A stretch of DNA of 63,978 nt, filler included, from Collodictyon triciliatum (Eukaryota), in NCBI GenBank assembly GCA_043381765.1. It is 7 parts of 7 records of this genome, joined end to end, with 100 filler letters (N's around TTAATTAATTAA, not from the genome) between each part and the next. Parts side by side here need not be neighbours in the genome. Positions count along the whole stretch, not along the records: positions 25,479 to 39,864 come from JBHJMP010001828.1; positions 39,965 to 54,342 come from JBHJMP010001829.1; 5 more parts are not named here. One strand, given 5' to 3'. Of the stretch, positions 39,319-52,208 are shown piece by piece. The notes under the pieces were generated by a model, which saw only the letters and a program-made list of their open reading frames with translations, was not told the DNA's origin and did not search any database. The first letter of the stretch is position 1; each line of letters opens with the position of its first letter. Position numbers and translations under genes: made by a program.

Positions 39319-42300
39319 ATGAGGCTGGCCTCGGTATTTTTTTTTTTATGTGTTGCTGGTATTAAGGAATAAGAATCTCGGTTCAAAATTTTACTGATTC
39401 GCAAAAAGGAGCGTTTATTGGGGACTTTTTTTTCTCTCTGGCTTTAAAATTAAGCTGGGTATAACTTGATACCAAATGGGAATATAATGAGGAAAGCTGT
39501 AAGGAGTTAACTCCTCTCGGTATGCTGGGTTTATACATTTTGTGAAGTCGGCTCTACAATCAAGGAGTTGAAGTATGCTCCACAGATTATAGATAATATG
39601 AATAACCTTTTTTCAAAAAAGGCCGATATAAAACTGTTTCAAACAATCCAAAAAAACAAAAAACAAATACCAGGAAAAGGTGTTCGCATTATATATGTAA
39701 ACAGGCCACATCTTCCCAGATAAGTTCATGCCATGCGAGATATTTCTGTGTTAGGCACCCATGTTCTAAGAGGGAATCTCAACTTATTCTGTTCGTACCA
39801 TCTTGCTGCATCTATTTCGGAGAACACGTTCCTGTGGAAGGATAAACTCATAACGTCCTGCCTGNNNNNNNNNNNNNNNNNNNNNNNNNNNNNNNNNNNN
39901 NNNNNNNNTTAATTAATTAANNNNNNNNNNNNNNNNNNNNNNNNNNNNNNNNNNNNNNNNNNNNGGATTATATCAAAAGGAAGATATCACAAAAGACTCA
40001 AAATCATGCTACGCTTGTCCAAAAGGCACATTCAACTCAAAATCAGGCTCATATGGAAATAAATCATGCATCGAATGTCCACAAGGCACTTGGAATGATA
40101 GAGACGGTCAAGCATCATGCACGTCATGTCCAGCTGGTACATTCAACAATAAAACAGGCTCATTCAACCAAGCATCATGCATTTCATGCCCAGATGGAAG
40201 CTACAGCTCAGTTGGAAGCGCATCATGTAGTTTATGCTTATCAGGATTCTACCAAAAAGAAGGAATAAAAAAAGACTCACAATCATGCCATACCTGTCCA
40301 AAAGGCACATTCAACTCAAACTCCGGTTTATATGGAAACAAATCATGTATTGAATGTCCACAAGGTACTTGGAATGATAGAGATGGTCAAGCATCATGCA
40401 CATCATGTCCAGCCGGGACATTTAACAATATAACTGGCTCATTCAATCAATCATCATGTATACCGTGTCCAAATGGAAGCTACAGCTCAGAAAGAAGTTC
40501 ATCATGCAGTCTATGCTTATCAGGATTCTATCAAATAGAAAATATCACAAAAGACTCAAAATCATGCTACGCTTGTCCAAAAGGCACATTCAACTCAAAA
40601 TCAGGCTCATATGGAAATAAATCATGTATTGAATGTCCACAAGGTACTTGGAATGATAGAAATGGTCAAGCATCATGCACGTCATGTCCAGCTGGTACAT
40701 TCAACAATAAAACAGGCTCATTCAACCAAGCATCATGCATTTCATGTCCAGATGGAAGCTACAGCTCAGGAAGAAGCGCATCATGCAGCTTATGCTTATC
40801 TGGATTATATCAAAAGGAAGATATCACAAAAGACTCAAAATCATGCTACGCTTGTCCAAAAGGCACATTCAACTCAAAATCAGGCTCATATGGAAATAAA
40901 TCATGCATCAAATGTCCACAAGGCACTTGGAATGATAGAGACGGTCAAGCATCATGTGCATCATGTCTAGCCGGCACATTCAACAATAATACTGGCTCAT
41001 TTGATGAATCATCATGCCTTTCGTGTGCAAATGGGAGCTACAGCTCAGTTAGAAGCGCATCATGCAGTCTATGCTCATCAGGATACTATCAAAAAGAAGA
41101 CGTCACAAAAGACTCGCAATCATGCTACGCTTGTCCAAAAGGCACATTCAACTCAAACTCCGGCTCATATGGAAACAAATCATGTATTGAATGTCCACAA
41201 GGCACTTGGAATGATAGAGACGGTCAAGCATCATGCACATCATGTCCAGCTGGTAGATTCAACAACAAAACCGGCTCATTTGATGAATCATCATGCATTT
41301 CATGCTCCAATGGAAGCTACAGCTCAGAAAGAAGCGCATCATGCAGCTTATGCTTATCAGGATTCTATCAAAAAGAGGGAATCATAAAAGACTCACAATC
41401 ATGCTATGCTTGTCCAAAAGGCACGTTCAACTCAAACTCCGGCTCACATGGAAACATATCATGTATTGAATGTTCACAAGGCACTTGGAATGATAGAGAC
41501 GGTGAAGCATCATGTGCATCATGTCCAATTGGCACATTCAACAATAAAACTCGTTCATTTGATGAATCATCATGCCTTACGTGTTCAAATGGAAGTTATA
41601 GCTCAGAAAGAAGCTCATCATGCAACTTATGTCCATCAGGATTCTATCAAAAAGAAGGAATCACAAAAGACTCAAAGTCATGCCAAGCTTGTCCAAAAGG
41701 CACATTCAACTCAAACTCCGGCTCATATGGAAACAAATCATGCATTGAATGTCCACAAGGCACTTGGAATGGTAGAGATGGACAAGCTTCATGCACATCG
41801 TGTCCAGCCGGTACATTCAACAATAAAACTGGCTCGAATAATCAATCATCATGTATTTTATGTCTGAATGGAAGCTACAGCTCAGCCGGAAGCACCTACT
41901 GCAACTTATGTCCAACACGTTCGACAACTAAGAAAGAAGGCTCTAAAGGAATCGAAGACTGTGAATGCATGAACACATATGTGTCTTTTGGTGGTGTTTG
42001 CACATGTCCCCCAGGAAAATTCGAGGATGGGAGTCGATGTGTCAACTGCAAAGTTGGCTCATATAAACCAACATACGACACCAGTTACTGTATTCTTTGT
42101 CTGAACAAATTTACAACCAAAAACAATGGTTCCATGAACTCGACGGATTGTGTTTGTAATAACGGGTTTAAATTGATAAATTTTACGTGTCAGTGTAAAC
42201 CAGGATGGTACGAAAAGCAGGAAGAATGTTTCAAATGCTCTCCAGGTACCTTCAATGAGTATTACGGTCAAACTTTGTGCAAAGACTGCCCTACAAATTC

Positions 42301-43834
42301 ATTTGCAAATATGACGGGCTCAACATCAATACACGATTGCAAATGCCTTTCAAACACATACCTTGACTCCAAGAGTAATAAATGTAAATCATGCCCAGAA
42401 GGTTTTATTTGTGATGGAAGTAACAGCCTTAGTGTTGCACCTGGATATTGGCAAGCTCCGAATTCAAATGGAGAATACATCGCTTACAAGTGCTTAAATC
42501 AATATGCATGTAATGGAGGCAACAATACTTGTGCTGATGGATATAGTGGAGCTTTATGCAGCGTCTGTGAAAGAGGGTTTGGAAAAGCAGGGTACTCCTG
42601 TGTTAAATGTCCACCCAATGGACTTAATGTAATCTTGATTATTTTGAGCTTTTCTGTTCCCCTTGCTTTTGTTTTCTTCATGATAGAGCAGTCAAGAAAG
42701 CCCAAAATAGGAAATATTCAAATTCTGAAGTCATTATCCACTCATTTTCAAGTTTTGTCATATCTAGCAAACTTTGATGTTAATTGGAGTACAATCATCG
42801 TATCAGTGATGAAAATTCCAGCTTTGTTTTCCTTTTCACTTTCTATAGATGGCTTCCCGATGAACTGCCAAGCCGGTGTGTCAGTATATGACAAAGTCCT
42901 ATACTCCATGTTTAGTCCGATAATACTGACATTTGTTATGATTGTATTCATTTTGTTGAGAGAAATGTGGCGGCTTTACAAGGAAGAAATCTCAAACACC
43001 CAACTAATACTTGCTCATTTTTGGAGAGAAATCATATACTCAATGCTGGTTATGTTGGTTTTTGTCCACCCTTCAATCACTTCGAGTATTTCTGAAATAT
43101 TTCCTTGTGAAACACTTGGAGATAAAACCTATTTGAAGGCAGATATGTCAATTTTATGCGATAACGAAACTTACAAATTATGGAGAAGCATCTCTTTTTC
43201 TTTCCTGATTATTTATTGCCTCGGTGGACCCTTGTATTTTTTTGTACAAATCATTCGAAAGAGAACGGCTTTGAGCAATCCTAATTCCAAAACATATGCT
43301 TTACTAAGGTTTTTGGTCGACGGATATAACGAAAAATGCCAGTATTGGGAAGTTGTGATGATGATGCAAAAGATTATAATAGTGATGATAAGCACGTTTT
43401 TTTCAGCTTCGCTTCAAATCTACTTTGGGTTGTGGCTGCTGTTTCTCATGATAGCTTCAACCATATACTTCAAGCCATTCATATCTAATGTATTGAAAAA
43501 GTCACAAATTCAATCACTCATGGTTCTCTATTTTACTTTGATGCTGAGTCTACTTTTCCGATACAACAATTTGAATCAAGAAACTGAAGTCGTGTTGGTG
43601 TTTTTGGTAGTTATTCTGAATGGAGGGATAGGAGTTGTTTTCCTTTCCAAAGCTGGCCCTGATGTTTTGAGATTGGTGCTGATCAGAATTTTATCTATTC
43701 TGCAAACAGTGCGAACCGTGGTTGTTGACAATTATATTTCGCAATATTTTTTCAGAAAACTGACTAGAGATAAAGTTGTCAAAGATATGGAGATGAGGGA
43801 CATTTCTCATACAAATGCTGATGACGAAATTTGA
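39319..43834 (+). CDS. Cys-rich (GCC2_GCC3/ephrin-receptor-like repeats) ectodomain - multi-pass (about 7 TM) receptor-like protein
   Basis: I found no in-frame stop from 39965 to 43834 (same frame as the 41969 ORF). C..CP.G.(F/Y/W) repeats, then PGYW, YKCL..AC, CADGYSGALCSVCERGFG, THFQVL, YLKADMSILC, FLVDGY...YWEVVMMMQK, KPF. The tentative 5' part (signal-like MRLASVFFFLCVA at 39319; exon from ~39756 ending ITSCL at the gap) is less certain. Confidence 0.82.
39965..41917 (+). repeat. About 7 tandem 279-bp (93-aa) coding repeats
   Basis: Units start at 39965, 40244, 40523, 40802, 41081, 41360 and 41639 (gga-ttX-taY-caa..). The array begins at an assembly gap. Confidence 0.93.
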
Positions 43835-44159
43835 TCCCTTTCTCTCTCTCTCTCTCTTTTTTTTTTAAAAAAAAAACAATTATGCACTTAAAAAGAATAT
43901 ATGCAAGAAAAAATTGAATCAAACATTTTACAAGAATTCCGAGCTTCTTTCGGTTTTGTGAGAAAAACACCTGAATAAAATTATCCAGCAAAAAAATCAT
44001 GTATGATTTTTTTATTCTTCCTTTCAATTTGTACAAGATAGTGTAGATGCTGGCTTTGGTTCGCTAGCTATCGTTTGCACCAACGCTGCTTGTGGCCAGG
44101 TGGCGGAGAAGTAGTCGGTAATCAGCAATTGCATCCTGCGGTTTGGCCTGTGGCTTGGG

Positions 44160-46380
44160 TCTTATGCTTGCATGAGAAAAACAAGGAGAGGTTTAATATC
44201 TTTATCAGCCTCTTTACACATGTCTCTTCTCACGGGGTCTGAGTAATGGAGAACGTGCAGGTGGCGAAGAAAGCTGTTGAGGAAAGAGATTTGTATGATG
44301 TCATTCAGCCTATTATCAGGAATAAGTTGCTGGTTCTTGAATCTTGCTTTGCGTGAGTATATGCGCGCTATCCACATAGTCCATAGCAAATGGCCTCGCG
44401 TCACTCACCAGAATGTTTTTGCCTCTGGACGCAGCTGTTGCAGAGGCCCAAATATCGCATGGATGGAATATTGTAAGACAATATTCAGGAAATAATTGCT
44501 TCTAGGACAAACATGAGCTGTGGACAAGACAGTGGAAAACCCCGGATTGTGCGGTTGGAGTATTTGTGTTTTGGGTGGAAGGAAAAGCGATGGAAAAAGA
44601 AGAAATAGAAAAAACAAGATAGAAAGGAGAGAAAGCGTTCTCACACGCAAACTATTCTACCCGAGGTGAATCAGCTCCAACGCGATTTCTGGTTGTATTC
44701 GAGACTGACAAAAGAGCGGATATAGTTGTCGGGTCGATGAAAGTACGCACATGGCAGTTACTTCTCAAATCGATTCGACGAGTCCTTTCAACCACCTATC
44801 TCAAACAAGATTTACATCCTATTTCATTCCACTGGATGAGTCTTTTGAGGGGACAACGGGTCACTTTCCTTGAGTTTCTTGCTGGGCGACTCAGACAAAA
44901 AGCGGTACATCGTTTTTTATCTGGTACTCACGGAAGTGGCGCTTGACTGTTCCCTGGTTTCGGAACCATGCGTAGTCAGCAGTGGACTTTGCTTAACCGG
45001 AGTATGATTATGCGTTTGTGGTTTTAGAAACATACGCTCCTGCTTGCTCGGACTGTCTTTGGTGTGTGAAGTTCCAAGCTTGGATTCGACTTGTGCTGTT
45101 TGCTCTTGNNNNNNNNNNNNNNNNNNNNNNNNNNNNNNNNNNNNNNNNNNNNNNNNNNNNNNNNNNNNNNNNNNNNNNNNNNNNNNNNNNNNNNNNNNNN
45201 NNNNNNNNNNNNNNNNNNNNNNNNNNNNNNNNNNNNNNNNNNNNNNNNNNNNNNNNNNNNNNNNNNNNNNNNNNNNNNNNNNNNNNNNNNNNNNNNNNNN
45301 NNNNNNNNNNNNNNNNNNNNNNNNNNNNNNNNNNNNNNNNNNNNNNNNNNNNNNNNNNNNNNNNNNNNNNNNNNNNNNNNNNNNNNNNNNNNNNNNNNNN
45401 NNNNNNNNNNNNNNNNNNNNNNNNNNNNNNNNNNNNNNNNNNNNNNNNNNNNNNNNNNNNNNNNNNNNNNNNNNNNNNNNNNNNNNNNNNNNNNNNNNNN
45501 NNNNNNNNNNNNNNNNNNNNNNNNNNNNNNNNNNNNNNNNNNNNNNNNNNNNNNNNNNNNNNNNNNNNNNNNNNNNNNNNNNNNNNNNNNNNNNNNNNNN
45601 NNNNNNNNNNNNNNNNNNNNNNNNNNNNNNNNNNNNNNNNNNNNNNNNNNNNNNNNNNNNNNNNNNNNNNNNNNNNNNNNNNNNNNNNNNNNNNNNNNNN
45701 NNNNNNNNNNNNNNNNNNNNNNNNNNNNNNNNNNNNNNNNNNNNNNNNNNNNNNNNNNNNNNNNNNNNNNNNNNNNNNNNNNNNNNNNNNNNNNNNNNNN
45801 NNNNNNNNNNNNNNNNNNNNNNNNNNNNNNNNNNNNNNNNNNNNNNNNNNNNNNNNNNNNNNNNNNNNNNNNTGAACGGCTTCAGCTCCTCACGAAGGAG
45901 TTGCGGCCACACGTCCAGCGGTAGTTGGTAGATCATCACCGAGGTCTCTGTTGGTTTACTTCTGCTGAAGCTGATCGTAATATCGATCAAACTCACCTGC
46001 TTCAGCTCCAGAAGCTTTCGGGCGTTTTCTGCAGTGCGGAAGGCGATAAGGCAAAGGCTTTCGCTGTCTGGTAAGCGCAATTGGATGGACTCTTCCCAAA
46101 GTCTGTTCGCTTTCAAGAAGGAGACGAGCGCATATGTGAGTCTGCGGCCTTGTTCTTGTTGTAAGCGACTTGCTCGACAACGTGCAAAAATACTGTCCGC
46201 TCAGACAGACTTGCAGGCGGCTTCCTCGCACGGGTCTTCCTAGACTTACGTGCCACCCGAGGTTTTTCCGCACCAGCATTGGAACCAGAAGAACTCGCTG
46301 CAACTTGCAAAGCCTTCGATTCGTCCTGTCTTTCGTTTTCTATCAGGCATGGGAACATAGGCTGCCATGAGATGAATATG
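44160..46380 (-). mobile_element. Degenerate, internally deleted L1/Tx1-like LINE (ORF1 RRM region plus ORF2 3'-end-like remnant)
   Basis: SERTVFLHV..(frameshift)..CLIAFRTAENARKLL..TETSVMIYQLPLDVWPQLLREELKPF resembles Tx1/L1 ORF1. Low-complexity SPSKK tail. Distal FW*VTRGHLLWTMWIARIYSRKARF resembles the post-zf-RVT ORF2 tail. Stops and frameshifts present. Confidence 0.55.
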
Positions 46381-46474
46381 CTTCTGGCAATTGTTTATTG
46401 CTGGTGGAGGTTGGGTTTGTCACCACCCTGTCTCACAATAGAAAGGACATCCCCATTGCAGGTCGAGTCCCTTG

Positions 46475-49400
46475 CTAAACTTTTGTTGTCGATGCTTCGC
46501 TGCTAGAAGACGGGACGTCGATTTGTGCAGAGTAAGCCTTTCCTTTTTTTGCGTTGAAGTGGCGCTTGGCGAGAACACCAGCCACACCCACGGTAGCAAG
46601 AAGAGCCAACGAGCAAGAAACGATGACGATAAGCTCTCCACCACCAACTTCTTCACTAGCTTCCTGCTGAAACGAATATTCCTATTATGTTACCTCGATT
46701 TAGCAAAGATGATTGTGTCTACACGCTTCAAAGATGAGATATAGAGATAATCTCAATGTCGGGCTATGGTGGCAGTTGAAATGAATAGGAAGTCAAAATT
46801 ATGAAAATTGCTAATGATACTTTGATGACGACGAAAGTGGACATAAAACACGTTGATATTTCTTTCAGCTTCATCGACCGAGATTTTTCGGCACATGTAT
46901 TTGATGCATCAACCAATTTTTTTCTTGGTCAAAAGCTATGATTGAGTAACTAAATGAAGCGGAGTTCTCTTGGTCGTTGTCCGTTGTAGTTATCGCCATA
47001 TTTGCTGGCTTGCTCAATAAAAAAGTATCCATGGAACCAAGTCGAACGGAAAAGAAAAGACCCGTTCCCACTATATTGTCGGGCAAGGGTGGTAGTTTAC
47101 CATCAAAAAACAATCCGGGTTCTAGTTTCATCCGAATTAGGGCGTCATCATGGAGTTGGGAAAATGGGTTGTCCATGAACCAGTCAACACGAATACTTCC
47201 ATCTGGTGTGGAAAAGCCGGCTCGAATGTCCCTCCTGACTTGTGTTTCATCTGATTTTGTAAGTGTGGAGTCCCAGTCGCGATAAAGCCATATGTTACTA
47301 CTCGCTGGTGTTGGATAGATGACAGGAACAGGTCCAGTGGGTATCGAGATATTTGAATTCAGTAAAGGTTTTAGATGGAATCGGTATTCAATCCCCATGT
47401 AGAGTGCAGATTTTTCCAGAGTGAATGAGCGTACATCAGATGGCAGGGTTGTTTCAAACACTTTTTGTTTCTCTGTTGTGCTCTCTTCCATAACGACAAG
47501 CTTGTATACCATATTTTCAGCTATGGATGCTGCCGTGTTGTCCTCCCAACTGATTAAAATTGTATTTTCCATATGGTCAGATGTATCCACATGTAGATTG
47601 AAGGGTCCTTTTTGAAACCAATAACATTTCTTTTAAAACTTCACCGAGGCAGATGAGATAACATTTAAAAAAAGAAAAGAAGCTCTCGCAAGAATGAATT
47701 CATATTCATAATTAGTATTATATTACATAAACAAAATAGCTCTTTGACATACGCAGCAAATTTTTATGAAAGGCTTACCTGATTTAGTTGCTGTGTATTC
47801 GTAGTTTGCAATGGAGGCATCAGCATGGTTCTGATTTGCCACACATGTATAATTAGATGTCAAGTAGAAGCCGGACTTGCAAACACATTCACCTTGGCGA
47901 CACAAGGCATTTTCTGGGCATTGGACAGATAAACAAGAGCCGCACCCTGAAATTTTTTTTATTTGTTCCTTAGAAAGGATAAAAAAAATAGTGGAATCTA
48001 ATCAAAATTTAATTCGCTTAATACATCAATAGAATCAATAGGACTGCAATTTCTAATGCTGCCTTACTCATCACAGTCGCCTTGATGATAACCGGAATAA
48101 TTGATACTGATTTACTCTGAGCTCTTAAATAAGCAACTCTCCTTGATCCAGACATCCCACCACAATTATTCAACCGAAGGTGGTATTGCAGAGAATTCAA
48201 ACCAGGCGAAACAAAGGTCTCTTGTAATTGATCACAATGGTCCCACATGTACAAAAAGTTAAGGTCCTTTGACTTTGTCGGATTCCTTAGAATTATATCA
48301 ATCACAGTTCCTGCCATGACATCGACGTTGAAGAGTACGGGAGAAAAGGGAATATTTCTATTCACCTCACCAGCAGGGTATATAGGCTGGGTCTTTGCAT
48401 GGCAGTTGTTTGTTTTCTGGAATGCTCAAGCAGTACGTATATTTTATTGTTTTGAAAAAAGGAATTTTTGTTAAGTTTTAGATACATATTTAAGAATACA
48501 TATTGAATTATGTAAACATATTGAAGTGTCAGACAACACGAATTTTCAATAAGTATAAAGATAAAGTACAAACCATGAAACAATTCAAATAAGGTTTCGT
48601 TGGAAACAACTCATAAGCAGAGCGAATGTATACATCAATATCATGTAAGTCTCTAGTTGACATATGTTGGTGTCTAGCAGAGGGCATGAGAACGGGATGC
48701 TGAGCGTGAAAATATCCCATCGATTCATATGGGATTTCTGTGATCCAATCTGCTCCTTGTCTTCCGATAGACACGAACCGATGCGACTCTTGAACATGTG
48801 CACCTGATGCCAACATCTCCGAGTTGGTTGATACTGGACTAAGAATTGTAGATGCAACATATTTTTTAAAGAAGGAGACGAATTCATAGTTTCCCACTCT
48901 GGGTGAGCCTATTGCCGACAGAATAAAAGGCTTCCATAAAGCCTCTTGGCTTTGGAATGTTGCCAAATCGCTCGCACATAAAATAGCTATGGCTCCTCCG
49001 AGACTATGCCCTAAACAAATGAGATTTACTTTAATATAATGCCCCAATTGAACAGGTATAATCACCAAAGATGCTAGATGGCATAATCAATACCTGTTAC
49101 ATAGATTTGATAATCATGACCGAGTTTTGATAGTTCATTTATCACAGGGGTTCGCAAACTCTTGTACGCACTGAGAAACCCAGAATGAACTTCACCACAA
49201 TCTATCCCATTCATTCTGCATGGCGTTTTCCATACTTGCAAATCAGTCCAGTAGTCATTTGAGGTGTCAGAACCTTTTGCAATTTTATGGATAAGTATGG
49301 TATTTTTAACCAGATGAATAATATGGGTTTCTTCGAAAAAAACTACAATCAGAGTAAACTCAAAGACTTTCAATATCACTCTATCTTTTTCTAGATGATT

Positions 49401-51323
49401 TATAAAAAAAATAATTCCAAAATATTGAGCCGAACTATGAGATAACATGTAAAGAAAGAAAACCTTCAAATGCGATGACAGCTTGCTTGAGGCCGTCGTC
49501 TGTGTGTAGTGTAAATTTGAAGCTTCTGCTTCCTGGATCAATGAACATCTTTCTGAATTTCCATGCTTGACATCCATACGGACCAGGAAGATAGTAGGAG
49601 GAGGGCATATCCAAGTAGCAAAGAGAAGATAAGGTTGACGTTAGGAGAGCAGTTCCCATGGCCTGTGTAAATTGTTTGATGGGAATGAAAATGATTGCGA
49701 AAATACTCTAACTACATCAAAGCATCAAAATGAACTTGCGCTTTTCCACAAGAAAATAGACATGAATTTTCTTCTTATAAATGCGATATATAAGTATTAT
49801 TATTATTTTTTTTACTTTTTCAGTATTGCACCGAGAAGAGTTTGTTACTAAAGTCATTTGAATCTCATAATCTGCGTCCATAAAGAAGTTGGCATTCCAA
49901 ATTGATATAAAAGTAAGCATTTCGGGTAAGATACTGCATTGATACAAGCCAAGATTTAAAGGTATTGTCTTGTCCTCGAGGTCGTAGTGGGAATCTGGAA
50001 GTGCGTTTCGACGAATGTACATATCTAAATCATCATCTCCGGTGGGATTTTTCACCGTAGCCACCATGTAGCTTCCTATAGGAATGAAGACGTGGAAGTG
50101 TTTGTAGCTCTTTGCAGACACTTTCCCCTTGTAGATATTGTTCGGTAAAAGTACAGGGATTGAAACACATCTCCCTCCCATAAAGACCTGGTTGATGTTG
50201 GTGCACCGACAGTAACCGTAGTTGCATATAGACCCAGAGGGACAAGAAATCCCAGCACAAGATGTGCAGTCTGTGATTCATGAGTTAATATACATTAAAC
50301 AAAAAAATCGGTATTGAGAGATGGGCATTACTTGGTTTTTTTTCTTAATCTCAAAAAATGAATATGAAAAAAAAAAAAGAACGACTAGAATTGGAAAAGA
50401 GAAAAGAAAAAGAGAAAAGAAAAAGAGAAAAGAAAAAGAGAAAAGAAAAGAGAAAAGAAAAAGAGAAAAGAAAAAAGAAATGAAAAAGAGAAAAGAAAAA
50501 AGAAAAGAAAAGAAAAGAAAAGAAAAAGAAAAAGAAAAAGAAAAAGAAAAAGAAAAAGAAAAAGAAAAGAAAAAGAAAGGAAAAAGAAAAGGAAAAAGAA
50601 ATGGAAAAGAAAAAGAAAAAGAAAAAGAAAAGAGAAATGGAAAGAAAAGAAAAAGAGAAAAAAAAGAGAAAAAAAAGAAAAAGAAAAGAAAAAAGAAAAA
50701 AGAAAAAAGAAAAAGAAAAAAGAAAAAAGAAAAAAGAAAAAAGAAAAAAGAAAAAAGAAAAAGTAATTATATAGCACAAGAATGACGAGAACAAATAACA
50801 TGCAATTTGATGACCTTGAATAGTAGCCCGGAGTTTGTAATCAGCACTTTGGAACCAGTTATTGTTGAAAACCCCGATATAAAGTGTGCTGTTGAAAGAG
50901 CCAACCCCGCAATTCCGATGAGTCAGCAAGTACGGGTCGGATTTGTCGAGAGCCTCGAAGCTGGACTTTGACGAGCACGAGTCAGTTTGCAGATAGAGAT
51001 GCAAATCATCATCCTTGGACGGGTTTTGCAACTCGACGCGGACGACTGCGTTACTGCCCACAGCAACGTGGAAGTGTGTGAATCCGAGTGGTGCGCGCCC
51101 AGAGTACCAAAAGCCTGGCGCAACTTCGCGAGAGGAGCATGCAAACCCTGTTTGGAGTCGTTTTATTTTTTTCAACAATATGAGAAAGAGAAAAGGGAGA
51201 ATAGCGACAGAAAATAGAGTGCCCCGAGAGATGCAGACCTTCGGTGATGAGTGACAGTAGCAGCAACGCAGAAATCGGCAAGGCCACACTGGCAAAACGA
51301 GGATGCGTTGGTTTGTCCTGCAT
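46475..51323 (-). CDS. Type I membrane protein: signal - PPC-like - EGF-like - PPC-like - class-3 lipase - beta domain - EGF-like - FN3-like - GPS-like motif - TM - short tail (1-nt frameshift at 46917-46923)
   Basis: Signal exon 51323-51239; DDDLHLY and DDDLDMYIRRNALP (PPC-like); AVIAFE|GSDT..DYWTDL, EVHSGFLSAY, IYVT|GHSLGGAIA, GSPRVGN, DWITEIP, DLHDI. Last exon 46681-46475 encodes TM LIVIVSCSLALLATVGVAGVLA followed by KRHF. Confidence 0.8.
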
Positions 51324-51998
51324 TGATCTGGCCGGTTGCAAGAAGAGCGCGAGGGAGAGAAAGAGTGAGAGAGTGAGAAAGAGAGAGAAAGAGAGAGAAA
51401 ATAATACATGGCAGAAATAGACTGTTATTATAATTGCAACTGTATTGCTTTGCTTGTCACACACCGCTTGTTTACTTTTTCTTCCTACTTGTATCCATTC
51501 AGTGCATCCACTCATCTTTTCATCCAGAGATCACTCATACTGGCTTTGTCCGGCCAGGAACGCATATGGGCGGATATTTGTTTCTGCGTCTCTGCTTGAC
51601 CGTTTCGTTTCTCTTTTATTTCATTAAACGCGGCGATGCATCGCCTTCGACAAGCCGTTGCTTAGCCACTCTTGGTATGACAGGCGGTGCCGTTGACGTG
51701 TGAGTACAGTTGCGGTTTGCCCAACTCGCTGGCGCCTAATACGGAATCTCTGGGACGTCGCAGCTGGCATCGCTTGGGACGGGATTCATCGGACATATCC
51801 AGCGCTCAGGCAGGTCTTCGGCCTTGTTTCCGGGTGGAAGAAGGCGCCATTTGTTGCAGTCGTCGCACTGAACCCAGAGTGGAACAGCCTCTTCGGTCGG
51901 GGCAGTGTCTTTGCGGCTAGTGCAGGAACAGGCGATGGTTGGCGGAATTATTGGCCGTGTTGTTTAATTGTGCAAAGCGACATAGGCTTTATTTCTTC

Positions 51999-52107
<109 letters not shown>

Positions 52108-52208
52108 CTACCTTCTTACTTTCCTACTTTCTTTCTTACTTTCTTACTTTTTTTAAAAGAAAATATATGCAGAAAAGAACTTATTTCCTTGATACACAAA
52201 TACGGCGT

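Noticed and set aside
40053-41867. His-rich repeated ORFs (MEINHASNVHK...)
   Set aside because: Alternative-frame shadows of the Cys-rich 279-bp repeat; they are interrupted by stops while the Cys frame is open.
39965-41917. Possible CRISPR-like array (also the regularly spaced LRR exons)
   Set aside because: These are coding repeats in eukaryotic genes, with no identical short repeats and unique spacers and no cas genes.
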